From the NCBI GenBank assembly GCA_963822945.1, contig CAWGJO010000020.1, positions 864,001 to 928,000 on the forward strand: 64,000 nucleotides of DNA, written 5' to 3'. Numbering within the stretch: position 1 is the first letter of the stretch; every line of letters starts with the position of its first letter. Under the pieces are notes generated by a model. It made no database searches and had not been told where the DNA came from. It worked only from the letters and a program-made list of their open reading frames with translations. Positions 54,220-63,253 of this stretch are shown piece by piece. The stretch comes from an uncultured Gemmatimonadaceae bacterium. Lineage in GTDB: Bacteria > Gemmatimonadota > Gemmatimonadetes > Gemmatimonadales > Gemmatimonadaceae. The translations under genes were made by a program, and so were the position numbers.

Positions 54220-56226
54220 CTAACCGAGCAGCGACTTCGCAGCCCGGACCACGGCGTCGGCGGTGATCCCGAACTCGGCGTAGATCTTCTCGTATGGCGA
54301 CGAGGCGCCGAAGTGGTCGAGCCCGATCACCGTGCCGGGGGCGCCGGCCAGCCACTTGTACCAGCTCATGGGCTGCGCGGCCTCGATGGCCACGCGCGGC
54401 ACGCCCGGGGGAAGCACCTGGTCGCGGTAGGCGGCGTCCTGCTGCGCGAACAGCTCATGGCTGGGCATGCTCACCACGCGGGCGGCGATGCCCTGCCCCG
54501 CGAGTTCGCCCCGGGCGGCGAGTACGAGTTGGACCTCGGAGCCGGCGGACATGAGTACCACCTGCGGCTTGCCCTGGTCGGGGTCGGCCAGCACGTAGCC
54601 GCCGCGGGCGACGTTGGAGGCCGGGGCGTAGGGCGGCCGCTCGATGAAGGGGAGGGTCTGCCGCGAGAATACGAGGGCGACGGGCCCGTCGGTGTGCGCG
54701 AGGGCCACCTTCCAGGCTTCGGCGGTCTCGCCGGCGTCGGCGGGCCGCAGCAGGGTGAGCTGCGGGATGGCGCGCAGCGAGGAGAGCTGCTCGATGGGCT
54801 GGTGGGTGGGGCCGTCCTCGCCGAGTCCGATGGAGTCGTGGGTGTAGATGAAGAGGACGTGCTGCTTCATGAGCGCCGCGAGGCGGACGGCGGGGCGCAT
54901 GTAGTCGGAGAAGATCAGGAAGGTGCCGCCGAAGGGGATCAGCCCGCGGTGGAGCGCCATGCCGTTCATGATGGAGGCCATGGCGTGCTCGCGGATGCCC
55001 GAATGGATGTAGCGGGCCGCTGGGTTCTCCCAGGTATAGTTGTGCTCGCTCTTGATGGCGGTGCCGTTGGACGGGGTGAGGTCGGCCGACCCGCCGAACA
55101 GTTCGGGGAGCACGGGCGCGAGCGCGTTGAGCACGTCCTGGGAGGCCTTACGGCTGGCCACGGAGCCGCCGTCCTTGGTGAACACCGGCACCTTGGCTTC
55201 CCACCCCGTGGGGAGTTGGCGGGCGAGGCGGCGCTTCAGCTCCCTCGCGTCATCCGGGAACGCCTTGGCGTAGGCCTCGAAGCGGGCGTTCCACTCGGCG
55301 TGGGCCGCGGCGCCGCGGGCGCGGGCCTGGCGGCAGCGCTCGAGCGCGGGCTGGGGCACGAAGAAGGGCTCCAGCGAGAGCCAGCCGAGGTTCTGCTTGG
55401 TGAGCTTGACCTCCTCGACGCCCAGGGCCTCGCCGTGGGCCTTGGAGGTGTCCTGCCGGTTGGGGCTGCCGAAGCCGATGTGGGTGCGGGTGATGATGAG
55501 GGTGGGGCGTTCGGTCTCGGCGCGGGCCTGGTCGATGGCGGCGTCGATCTGGGACAGGTGGTTCACGTCGCCGATGCGGAGCACCTGCCAGCCGTAGGCC
55601 TCGAAGCGGCGGGCGGTGTCGTCGGTGAAGGTGAGTTCGGTGGCGCCGTCGATGGTTATATGATTGTCATCATAAAAGCCGATGAGCTTGCCGAGCCGGA
55701 AGTGGCCGGCAAAGGAGGCGGCCTCGTGCGAGATGCCCTCCATGAGGTCGCCGTCGCTGCAGATGAAGTAGGTGTGGTGGTCGACGATCTCGTGCCCGGG
55801 CTTGTTGAAGCGCGCGGCGAGGTGCGACTCGGCGAGCGCCATGCCCACGGCGTTGGCCATGCCCTGGCCCAGGGGGCCGGTGGTGGTCTCGACGCCGGGG
55901 GTGTGGCCGTGCTCCGGGTGGCCGGGGGTCTTGGAGCCCCACTGCCGGAAGTTCTTGATGTCGTCGAGCGAGAGGTCGTAGCCGGTGAGGTAGAGGCAGC
56001 TGTAGAGCAGCATGGACGCGTGCCCGCAGGACAGCACGAACCGATCGCGATCGGGCCAGTCCGGGTCGGCGGGGTCGTGGTTCAGGTACTCGGTGAAGAG
56101 CTTGTACCCGAGCGGCGCCAGGGCCATGGGGGTGCCGGGGTGGCCGGAGTTGGCCGCCTGGACGGCATCCATGGAAAGGGTCCGGATGGTGTTGATGCAG
56201 AGGAGATCGAGATCGGGAGTGGACAT
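54220..56226 (-). CDS. tkt: Transketolase
   Basis: [63 protein letters not shown]. Confidence 0.98.
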   Translation of the reverse strand: MSTPDLDLLCINTIRTLSMDAVQAANSGHPGTPMALAPLGYKLFTEYLNHDPADPDWPDRDRFVLSCGHASMLLYSCLYLTGYDLSLDDIKNFRQWGSKTPGHPEHGHTPGVETTTGPLGQGMANAVGMALAESHLAARFNKPGHEIVDHHTYFICSDGDLMEGISHEAASFAGHFRLGKLIGFYDDNHITIDGATELTFTDDTARRFEAYGWQVLRIGDVNHLSQIDAAIDQARAETERPTLIITRTHIGFGSPNRQDTSKAHGEALGVEEVKLTKQNLGWLSLEPFFVPQPALERCRQARARGAAAHAEWNARFEAYAKAFPDDARELKRRLARQLPTGWEAKVPVFTKDGGSVASRKASQDVLNALAPVLPELFGGSADLTPSNGTAIKSEHNYTWENPAARYIHSGIREHAMASIMNGMALHRGLIPFGGTFLIFSDYMRPAVRLAALMKQHVLFIYTHDSIGLGEDGPTHQPIEQLSSLRAIPQLTLLRPADAGETAEAWKVALAHTDGPVALVFSRQTLPFIERPPYAPASNVARGGYVLADPDQGKPQVVLMSAGSEVQLVLAARGELAGQGIAARVVSMPSHELFAQQDAAYRDQVLPPGVPRVAIEAAQPMSWYKWLAGAPGTVIGLDHFGASSPYEKIYAEFGITADAVVRAAKSLLG

Positions 56227-56298
56227 TTCGGTAAGTCGGTAGGTCGGTAGGTCGGTAGGTCGGTGAGTCGGACAGTCGGACAGTCGGACAGTCGGACA
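56227..56298 (+). repeat. Nine-unit octamer array abutting the tkt start codon
   Basis: TTCGGTAA (GTCGGTAG)3 GTCGGTGA (GTCGGACA)4. Confidence 0.95.
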
Positions 56299-56384
56299 GA
56301 TAACTACGTGTAACAGCGGAAGTTAACAGGGGCGGAGTACGGCGAATGGGATCCAGGGGGCCTCGGGCTGGGATAACACGTTCG

Positions 56385-56555
56385 CTACCGCACGAGTTCT
56401 TCGATATCCGCGGCCTTGCAGGTGGGTTCGTGTCCCGGGTAGGAATGGCCGCAGTGGATGCACTGTTCGCCGAATCCGGTGCGGCGCCAGATGAGGTAGT
56501 AGACGGCACGCTGCAGGTTCTTCACCCGGTCTTCGAGATCCGCAGAAGTTGGCAT
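56385..56555 (-). CDS. Small 56-aa protein with CxxC-x6-H-x3-C putative zinc site (absent from the ORF track)
   Basis: Manual translation MPTSADLEDRVKNLQRAVYYLIWRRTGFGEQCIHCGHSYPGHEPTCKAADIEELVR*. GGAG lies 10 nt upstream, and third codon positions are mostly G/C. Confidence 0.7.
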   Translation of the reverse strand: MPTSADLEDRVKNLQRAVYYLIWRRTGFGEQCIHCGHSYPGHEPTCKAADIEELVR

Positions 56556-56752
56556 GCTGAGGGTGCTCCGATGAGTTCACAATTGGAATGGTGGACCGCT
56601 TGATGAAAGGTGGACGGGTGCGGCGATGATGGAAAGGCACCGGGCGTGTGGTATGTGCCTGTTGCCCCACCGGTGCGCGGGCGACATAATCCGGATCGTG
56701 GACACCCCCCCACTACACAGAATTCTTAACCTCACGACGGGTCCGGGCATCG

Positions 56753-58966
56753 GTGGCTGATCCGAACACCCCGCCGCGCGGCGTGACGCCGCCGACAGAC
56801 GCCGCCGCCGGCGGGCGTCCGACGCCGCCGAGGGCGGGCGCCCGGATGACGCCCTCGGGGCCCATGCGCGCGGCCCCGGCCACCGCGACGCTCTCCCGCG
56901 AACTGGGCGATTTCCTGGTCGAGCTGTCGATTGCCTTCCACAAGCACGCGATCTATCCGCCGGGACATCCGCTGCTCCGGGCGGCGGTGGACTCGGTGGT
57001 CACGAAGCTGTGGGGGCTGCTGGCCAATCGGAATACGCTGTCCATCGGCGTCGCGCGCCGGCAGCTCATCATCGAGGGCGTGGCCACCGACGCCAATCAC
57101 CCGTTGCTGCAGGAGCTGGCGTCGAAGCTGCACCGCCACCATCTGGGCGCGGTGCGGATGATGGCGGGCATCACGCGCGACGAACTGGCCGACGCGCTGG
57201 CGACGATGGCGGTGGACGCGGGCCGCATGGAGCGTCCGCTGGGGTTGGACGCGGCCGAGGTGTCGGCGCGGTGGGTGCACGTGAAGGTCTTCGCGCTCAC
57301 GTACGAGAAGCTGGAGCTCCTGGACGAGGAAGAGGCGGAGCCGGACCAGTCTTCTCCGGATGGGCCCATGAAATCGGGGCGGGCGGCGCAGCTCTGGGTG
57401 GGGCTGGCGCGGGCCGCGCTGGCCGCCGACGCGACGACGGAGGCCGACGTCCACGAGCAGGCGCTCGAACCGGTGGCCGTGGCGAAGGCGATCGACCAGC
57501 ATCAGCACGAGGTGGCCTACGACCAGGTGATCGTGGGCTATCTGCTGCAGATTGCCGACGAGCTGAAGACGGCCAAGGGGTCCGAGACGGCGGCCCTGCA
57601 GCGGCGCATCTCGGGGATGGTAGGCGCGCTGCAGCCCGAGACGCTGCAGCGGCTGCTCGACATGAGCGGCGACAACCGGCAGCGTCGCAAGTTCGTGCTC
57701 GACGCGTCGCAGGGGATGACGGTGGAGGCCGTGGTCGAGCTGGTGAAGGCGGCGGCGGACGCCGAGCAGCAGACCATCTCGCACTCGCTGGTGCGGATGT
57801 TCTCCAAGCTGGCCAAGCACGCCGGTGACGCGGACACGACGAGGCGGACGCTGGCCGACCACTCGTTGCGGGAGCAGGTGGTGCGGCTGATCCGCGAGTG
57901 GTCGCTGGACGATCCGAATCCGGAATCGTACCGGCTGGTGCTGGAGGAGATCTCGCGCCGCGGGCCGGCGGAGGTGGTGCCGTCGCCGTTCTCGCTGGAG
58001 TGCGAACCCGACCGGATCGTGAAGATGGGGCTGGAGGTGGGTGTGCTGGGCACGCGGGTGGAGCGCGCGGTGATGACGATGGTGGAGACCCACCAGGTGA
58101 CGGCCCTGCTCGACCTCGTGGACGGGGCGCCGGACCCCGCCGTGGCCAGCCAGGTGTGGCAGGAGATCGAGGATCGCGACGTGCTGCGCACGGTGCTCGA
58201 GGACGAGCGTGTGGACTACGTGCTGGCAGCGCGGCTGGTGAAGCGGATGCGAATGGCGGCGATCATGCCGCTGCTGGACGCCGTGGAGAGCCACGATGAG
58301 GGGAAGGCCCGCGACCGGCTGATGGATCTGCTGGTCTCGATCGGCGCCGACGTGGGGCCGTACATCGCCACGCGCATGCGCACGGCGCCGGCCGCGCTGC
58401 AGCGCGACTTGCTGGTGGCGTTGGGGCGGCTGGACCGGCTGCCGGCGGGGATGGATCCCGGGGCATATCTGACGCACCCGGAGCCGATCGTGCGGCGCGA
58501 GGCCGTGCGGCTGTTTCTCAAGGTCCCGGAGACGCGGGAGCAGACGATGCTCGCGGCGCTGTCGGATCCGGACGACCGCACGGTGTTCCAGGCGCTCTCG
58601 GCGGCGCAGGACGGGTGCTCGGACGAGGGTGCGGCGATCATCCGGCAGCGGGTGGACGACGACGAGTTGGACGCGTCGCTGCGGGCGCTGGGCATCCGCA
58701 CCGTGGGCGGGAGCCGGCGCGACGAGGCGACCCGCGAATGGCTGCTGCGGCGCGTGGTGGGACGCACCAAGTGGCTGCGCCGGAAGAAGCTGCTGCACAG
58801 CACGCCCGAAATGCTGGCGGCGGTGAGCGCGCTGGCGGCGTTCTGGGCGGACGACCAGGAGGCCGGGGACGCGGTGAACATGGCGCGGCGAAGCCGGGAT
58901 GCGGAGGTGCGGCAGGCGGTGGCGCAGCCACGGGTGACCGGGCCGATGCGGGCGGTGCGCGGATGA
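56753..58966 (+). CDS. Large alpha-helical protein with HEAT/ARM-like C-terminal repeats
   Basis: 737 aa with host-like codon use, N-terminal IYPPGHP motif, HEAT-like LTHPEPIVRREAV and ALSDPDDRTV. ATGA-coupled to the HD-GYP gene. Confidence 0.75.
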   Translation: MADPNTPPRGVTPPTDAAAGGRPTPPRAGARMTPSGPMRAAPATATLSRELGDFLVELSIAFHKHAIYPPGHPLLRAAVDSVVTKLWGLLANRNTLSIGVARRQLIIEGVATDANHPLLQELASKLHRHHLGAVRMMAGITRDELADALATMAVDAGRMERPLGLDAAEVSARWVHVKVFALTYEKLELLDEEEAEPDQSSPDGPMKSGRAAQLWVGLARAALAADATTEADVHEQALEPVAVAKAIDQHQHEVAYDQVIVGYLLQIADELKTAKGSETAALQRRISGMVGALQPETLQRLLDMSGDNRQRRKFVLDASQGMTVEAVVELVKAAADAEQQTISHSLVRMFSKLAKHAGDADTTRRTLADHSLREQVVRLIREWSLDDPNPESYRLVLEEISRRGPAEVVPSPFSLECEPDRIVKMGLEVGVLGTRVERAVMTMVETHQVTALLDLVDGAPDPAVASQVWQEIEDRDVLRTVLEDERVDYVLAARLVKRMRMAAIMPLLDAVESHDEGKARDRLMDLLVSIGADVGPYIATRMRTAPAALQRDLLVALGRLDRLPAGMDPGAYLTHPEPIVRREAVRLFLKVPETREQTMLAALSDPDDRTVFQALSAAQDGCSDEGAAIIRQRVDDDELDASLRALGIRTVGGSRRDEATREWLLRRVVGRTKWLRRKKLLHSTPEMLAAVSALAAFWADDQEAGDAVNMARRSRDAEVRQAVAQPRVTGPMRAVRG

Positions 58967-60174
58967 GCGAGCCGGCCAAATTCCTGACCGCGTTCGCGCA
59001 GGCGCTCTCGACGATGGCGTTGTATTCCGACGGTCATCCGGCGCGGGAGCGCGCCATCGACCGGGCCTACGACCTGCTCCGCGAGCTGCAGGCCTCGGAC
59101 CCGCAGCCGGAATTCAGCTTCCTGGGCGAGGAGACGGTGTACCGCAACGTCGCGATGCGGGAGATGCGCGACTGGGAGTGGGCGGGCCGGCTGGCCAACG
59201 CCGGCGTGCAGCGGCTGGAGTTCGAGAGCGCGGTGGGGCGCGAGGAGTTCGAGGACTTCCTGGAGCAGGTGCTGGCGCGGCTCACGATGTCGGCCATCGA
59301 CACGTCGGAGGCGCGGCAGACGCGCCCGTCGTCCATCAAGTTCGGCGCCATCGGCATTCGCGGCGAGACGAAGGCGCTGCAGGACGCGTTCGCCGAACCG
59401 ATCGAGACGGCGACCATCGGGTACTCGCTTGGCGAGGAGGTGGAGGCGGTGCGCTGGATGCACGCCGAAGTGGGCGATCGCGCCTCGCTGCCCCTGCTGG
59501 AAGCCGAGAGCGTGGTCCGCTCGCTGAGCGTGGCAATGCACGGCGAGAGCGAGATGGTGCTGCCGCTGCTCGAGCTGCGGCAGTTCGACGAGTACACGAC
59601 GACGCACTGTCTGAACGTGTCGATCCTCACGATGGCCCTGGCGGAGCATCTGGGGGTGTCGAGCGCCGACGTGCGCACCTTCGGGGTGGCCGGGCTGCTG
59701 CACGATCTGGGCAAGGTGCGCGTGCCGCTGGAGATCCTGAACAAGCCGGGCAAGCTGACGGACGAGGAACGGGTGGTGATCCAGAGCCACACGGTGGAGG
59801 GGGCCAAGATCATCATCACGAGCGACCGCGAACTGGATCTGGCGGCCGCCGTGGCCTACGAGCACCACATCATGCTGAACGGGGGCGGCTACCCGAAGCG
59901 GCACTTCGAGCGCGACACGCACAAGGCGAGCAAGCTGGTGCACGTGTGCGACGTGTTCGACGCGCTGCGCACCAAGCGGCCGTACCGCGACGCGTGGGAG
60001 ACGACCCGCGTACTCGGATATCTGGAGGAGAAGGCGGGGAGCGAGTTCGATCCCGACGTGGCGCTTCCCTTCGTGGAGATGATGCGGGGGCTGGAGGGGC
60101 AGGTGGTGCAGGCGACGGGGCTTGAAGACAGTCGGACAGTCGGACAGTCGGACAGTCGGACAGACAAGGCGTAA
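58963..60174 (+). CDS. HD-GYP domain phosphohydrolase
   Basis: DEYTTTHCLNV, GLLHDLGK, ILNKPGKLTDEE, HTVEG, EHHIMLNGGGYP, DVFDALRTKRPYR, FDP. Confidence 0.93.
   Translation: MSEPAKFLTAFAQALSTMALYSDGHPARERAIDRAYDLLRELQASDPQPEFSFLGEETVYRNVAMREMRDWEWAGRLANAGVQRLEFESAVGREEFEDFLEQVLARLTMSAIDTSEARQTRPSSIKFGAIGIRGETKALQDAFAEPIETATIGYSLGEEVEAVRWMHAEVGDRASLPLLEAESVVRSLSVAMHGESEMVLPLLELRQFDEYTTTHCLNVSILTMALAEHLGVSSADVRTFGVAGLLHDLGKVRVPLEILNKPGKLTDEERVVIQSHTVEGAKIIITSDRELDLAAAVAYEHHIMLNGGGYPKRHFERDTHKASKLVHVCDVFDALRTKRPYRDAWETTRVLGYLEEKAGSEFDPDVALPFVEMMRGLEGQVVQATGLEDSRTVGQSDSRTDKA
60131..60162 (+). repeat. (GTCGGACA)4 inside the HD-GYP 3' end
   Basis: Four perfect copies encoding [11 protein letters not shown] just before the stop. 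Confidence 0.95.
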
Positions 60175-60219
60175 CCGCTTACGGCACGACGGGGTCACCA
60201 CCTCGGCCCGGCCCCCCTG

Positions 60220-60246
60220 TGCAAGTTTTTCGACGCATGGCGTCTC
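60220..60246 (+). promoter_or_regulatory. Possible ECF-type promoter for the VIT-VWA / sigma / anti-sigma operon
   Basis: TGCAAG-N15-CGTCTC resembles the general ECF -35 (AAC-like) and -10 (CGT/GTC) layout, 26 nt before ATG 60273. Inference only. Confidence 0.35.
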
Positions 60247-60272
60247 ATGGGTGTACGCAACCCGGAGACACC

Positions 60273-62678
60273 ATGCGTTTCTCATTGATAGCCGCGGCGC
60301 TTCTGGCGCCCGCCGCGTTGGCGGCGCAGGGGCGAATGATCCCCATGTGCAACATCCCCGCGGACGGCCCGCGGGCAGTGATCCCGTGCCAGGCGCAGAT
60401 CGTGCGCACGCGGAGCGACGTGCGCGGCGTGCTCACGGGCCGAGTGGTGCGGTATACGGTGAGCGAGGAGTTCGTGAACCGCGGCGGACGGCTGGGCGAG
60501 GCGGACTATCTGTTCCCGCTGCCGCCGGGCGCCGCATTCCGCGACCTCAAGCTGTCGATCAACGGCCAGATGGTGAGCGGCGAGACGATGGACGCCCAAC
60601 ACGCGCGCGGCATCTACGAAGAGATCGTGCGCAAGCTGCGCGACCCGGCGCTGGTGGAATGGATGGGGTCGGGTCTGCTGCGCACGCGGATCTTCCCCAT
60701 TCAGCCGGGCGAGCGAAAGAAGGTGGTCGTGTCGTACGAAGCGGTGGTGCCGCGTGAAGGGGACGCGCTGCGGGTGGAGTATCAGCGGGGGAGTCAGACG
60801 GTGGGACCGTGGGGGCGTGGAATGGTCGGACAGTCAGACAGTCGGACCGTCGGACCGAACAGCGAGCTGAGGATTCGTGAGCCCGACAGCTTCGAACTCG
60901 CGTACGCGCGCAGCGAAGCGCTGGGCGCGCCGTACTCGCCCACCAACAGCATCAAGGTGCGCGACGACGGACGGATGCGCGTGGTGCGCGTGCTCGGCGA
61001 CGCGGGCAACGTGACGCTGCTGCTGCCGCTGCACCTGGGAAACCGGGCGGCGATCTCGGTGCTCACGCACGCGCAGCGCGGCGACAGCGGATTCGCCATG
61101 ATCACCGTGTCGCCGCCCGAAACGCACGAGGCGCCGAGCGCGCGCGACGTGACGTTCGTGGTGGACGTGTCGGGGTCGATGTCGGGACGGAAGATCGAAC
61201 AGGCGCGCTCGGCGGGGATGCAGCTGCTGTCCACGCTGCGGCCCACGGACCGCTTCCGGTTGATCGACTTCTCGAACGACGTGCGGGACTTCCGCGACGG
61301 GTTCAGCTACGCGACGCCGGCGAACATCTCGGCCGCGCGGCGGTACCTGGCCGGGCTCTCGGCGGGTGGCGGGACGAACATCGCGGCCGCTCTGGATGAT
61401 GCGCTGGGCCAGCATCAAGAAGATGAACGGCAATTCGACGGACACCGCCGGATGAGAACGGGTACTGCAACTGCAAACGGCGAACGGAATGGGGGGACTG
61501 CAAACTGCGAAGATCCGACGGTGAACTGCGTGTGGCCCACCAGCGGTCGCCTCAGTCTCGTGCTCTTTCTCACCGACGGGATGCCGACGGTGGGGGTGAC
61601 GGACCCGAACCGCATTGCGGAGCTGGCGGAGAACGAACGGGGCGACGCGCGCCTGTTCACGTTCGGGTTGGGCGCCGACGTCAATTCGGCGCTGCTGGAA
61701 CGGCTGGCGATGGACGGACGGGGCACGGCGCAGTTCGTGCGTCCGGACGAGGACGTGGAACGGATGGTGGGCGTGGTGGCCAGCCGTCTCACCGATCCGG
61801 TGGCCACTGACCTGCGGGTGCGCGTGGACGGACACGACGTGCAGCTGCGCGATGTGGTGCCCTCGATGCCGATGGACCTGTTCGGCGGCGAGGACCTGGT
61901 GGTGATGGCGCGGTACACGGGGCACGGCTCGGCGCGGGTGACGGTGGAGGGAAGGTCGCATGGGCGCACGGTGCGCTGGACGTCGAACGCGACGTTCGAT
62001 GACGGGTCGCGCGCCAACGGATTCATTCCGCGGCTGTGGGCGGCGCAGCGCATCGGGTATCTGAGCGCCGAGCGCCGGCGTCACGGACCGAACCCCGAAG
62101 TGGACGACGAGATCCGCACGCTGGGCGAGCGCTATGGCATTCCCACGGAGTTCACTTCATATCTGGTGCAGGAACCGCAGATGGCGGCGCGGGCCGCCAA
62201 CGCTCCGATGGATGCGCGAACGGGTGTGCGCGGTACCACGCAGCCCAAAGCGCTGGACGTGCACGGTGTGGTGACGTCGGGTATGGCGGGCGGGTATGCC
62301 TCGGCGCCGCAGGCGAGCTTCGAAGCGGCCAAGATGGCGTCGGCGCAGCGGGCGGCGAACTCCACCGCGATGCTGGACTCGCTGTCGGCGGCGGCCGGCG
62401 GTGGCGCGGGCGGCGTGCGGGTGGTGGACGGACACACGTTCACGCTGCGCGACGGCCGCTGGGTGGACGGTGGGCTCACGGACTCAACGCGGACGGTACA
62501 GGTGCAGGCATTCTCGAAGAGCTACTTCGCACTGCTCGATCGGATTCCGGCGCTGCGCGGCATGGTGGCGCTGGGCCCCCGCGTGGTGATGGCCGGCCGC
62601 GCCGTGGCGATCGAGGTCGTGCCGCAGGCGGCGGAACTGACCGGCGCCGAACTCGACCGGGTGGTGAGCGCCTGGTAG
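60273..62678 (+). CDS. Secreted VIT + VWA domain protein (inter-alpha-trypsin inhibitor heavy chain-like)
   Basis: Signal peptide ending ALA-AQ, VIT motifs (EADYLFPLP, ARGIYEEIVRKLRDPALVE), MIDAS DVSGSMSG, GGTNI, FLTDG, IPTEFTSYLV. GGAG RBS before 60273. Confidence 0.92.
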   Translation: MRFSLIAAALLAPAALAAQGRMIPMCNIPADGPRAVIPCQAQIVRTRSDVRGVLTGRVVRYTVSEEFVNRGGRLGEADYLFPLPPGAAFRDLKLSINGQMVSGETMDAQHARGIYEEIVRKLRDPALVEWMGSGLLRTRIFPIQPGERKKVVVSYEAVVPREGDALRVEYQRGSQTVGPWGRGMVGQSDSRTVGPNSELRIREPDSFELAYARSEALGAPYSPTNSIKVRDDGRMRVVRVLGDAGNVTLLLPLHLGNRAAISVLTHAQRGDSGFAMITVSPPETHEAPSARDVTFVVDVSGSMSGRKIEQARSAGMQLLSTLRPTDRFRLIDFSNDVRDFRDGFSYATPANISAARRYLAGLSAGGGTNIAAALDDALGQHQEDERQFDGHRRMRTGTATANGERNGGTANCEDPTVNCVWPTSGRLSLVLFLTDGMPTVGVTDPNRIAELAENERGDARLFTFGLGADVNSALLERLAMDGRGTAQFVRPDEDVERMVGVVASRLTDPVATDLRVRVDGHDVQLRDVVPSMPMDLFGGEDLVVMARYTGHGSARVTVEGRSHGRTVRWTSNATFDDGSRANGFIPRLWAAQRIGYLSAERRRHGPNPEVDDEIRTLGERYGIPTEFTSYLVQEPQMAARAANAPMDARTGVRGTTQPKALDVHGVVTSGMAGGYASAPQASFEAAKMASAQRAANSTAMLDSLSAAAGGGAGGVRVVDGHTFTLRDGRWVDGGLTDSTRTVQVQAFSKSYFALLDRIPALRGMVALGPRVVMAGRAVAIEVVPQAAELTGAELDRVVSAW
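60793..60856 (+). repeat. Eight degenerate octamers inside the VIT-VWA gene, reading frame open
   Basis: GTCAGACG GTGGGACC GTGGGGGC GTGGAATG GTCGGACA GTCAGACA GTCGGACC GTCGGACC. Confidence 0.85.
61464..61531 (+). repeat. Degenerate heptamer tract (ACTGCRA-like) inside the VWA domain
   Basis: ACTGCA ACTGCAA ACGGCGA ACGGAAT ... ACTGCAA ACTGCGA AGATCCG ACGGTGA ACTGCGT. A related ACTGCGA ATGGTAA ACTGCGG occurs at 2261-2281. Confidence 0.6.
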
Positions 62679-62691
62679 GGCGTTCGCACGC

Positions 62692-63201
62692 ATGGACGAC
62701 ACCGACCGTTTGTTCCGCGAGTACCACGCGCCGTTGGTGCGGTACCTGACGCGGCGGTTGGGTGATCGCGACTGGGCCGAGGAGGTCGCGCAGGAGACGT
62801 TCCTGCGCGCCCTCCGCCAGCGCGACCTGTCGAACGAGCGGGCCTGGCTGTTCACGGTGGCCACGAACCTGGTGCGCGACGCGGCGCGGCAGGAATCCCG
62901 GCGGAGGCGTCATCTGGAACTACTGCGAGCGGAAGAGGCGGGGCGGATGGTGGAGTCGCCGGACTCCGCGATGGTGCGCGCGGAAGAGCGTGCGCAGGCA
63001 CGGCGGGCGCTGGAGCAGCTGCCGGAGCGCGATCGCGAAGCGTTGCTGATGCGCGAGGAAGGATTGAACTACGAGGAGATCGCCGAGGCGCTGGGGCTGT
63101 CGGTGGGGTCGGTGGGGACGACGCTGGCCCGGGCGAGGCGGCGGTTGGTGGAGATGTTTGAGGAGTCTGACAGTCGGACAGTCGGACAGTCAGACAGATA
63201 A
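62692..63201 (+). CDS. ECF-family RNA polymerase sigma factor
   Basis: Region 2 AEEVAQETFLRA..AWLFTVATNL, region 4 LPERDREALLMREEGLNYEEIAEALGLSVGSVGTTLARARRRL. Confidence 0.95.
   Translation: MDDTDRLFREYHAPLVRYLTRRLGDRDWAEEVAQETFLRALRQRDLSNERAWLFTVATNLVRDAARQESRRRRHLELLRAEEAGRMVESPDSAMVRAEERAQARRALEQLPERDREALLMREEGLNYEEIAEALGLSVGSVGTTLARARRRLVEMFEESDSRTVGQSDR
63165..63196 (+). repeat. Octamer array in the sigma factor 3' end
   Basis: GTCTGACA GTCGGACA GTCGGACA GTCAGACA, encoding [11 protein letters not shown]. Confidence 0.95.
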
Positions 63202-63202
63202 A

Positions 63203-63251
63203 CGGCGGGATAGGGCGGGATACGCGAGATACAGCGGGAAATGGCGAGGGA
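63203..63251 (+). repeat. Degenerate 9-10 bp tandem repeat filling the sigma / anti-sigma spacer
   Basis: CGGCGGGATA GGGCGGGATA CGCGAGATA CAGCGGGAAA TGGCGAGGGA. Confidence 0.6.
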
Positions 63252-63253
63252 CG

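Noticed and set aside
53992..56250. 752-aa plus-strand ORF and similar long antisense ORFs (49450..50961, 51753..53321, 56732..58798, 58216..60285)
   Set aside because: These are shadow ORFs opposite well-supported genes, expected in high-GC DNA, with no recognisable motifs.
56346..56603. 85-aa plus-strand ORF
   Set aside because: It is better explained as the antisense shadow of the 56-aa Cys/His ORF, which has an RBS and better codon pattern.
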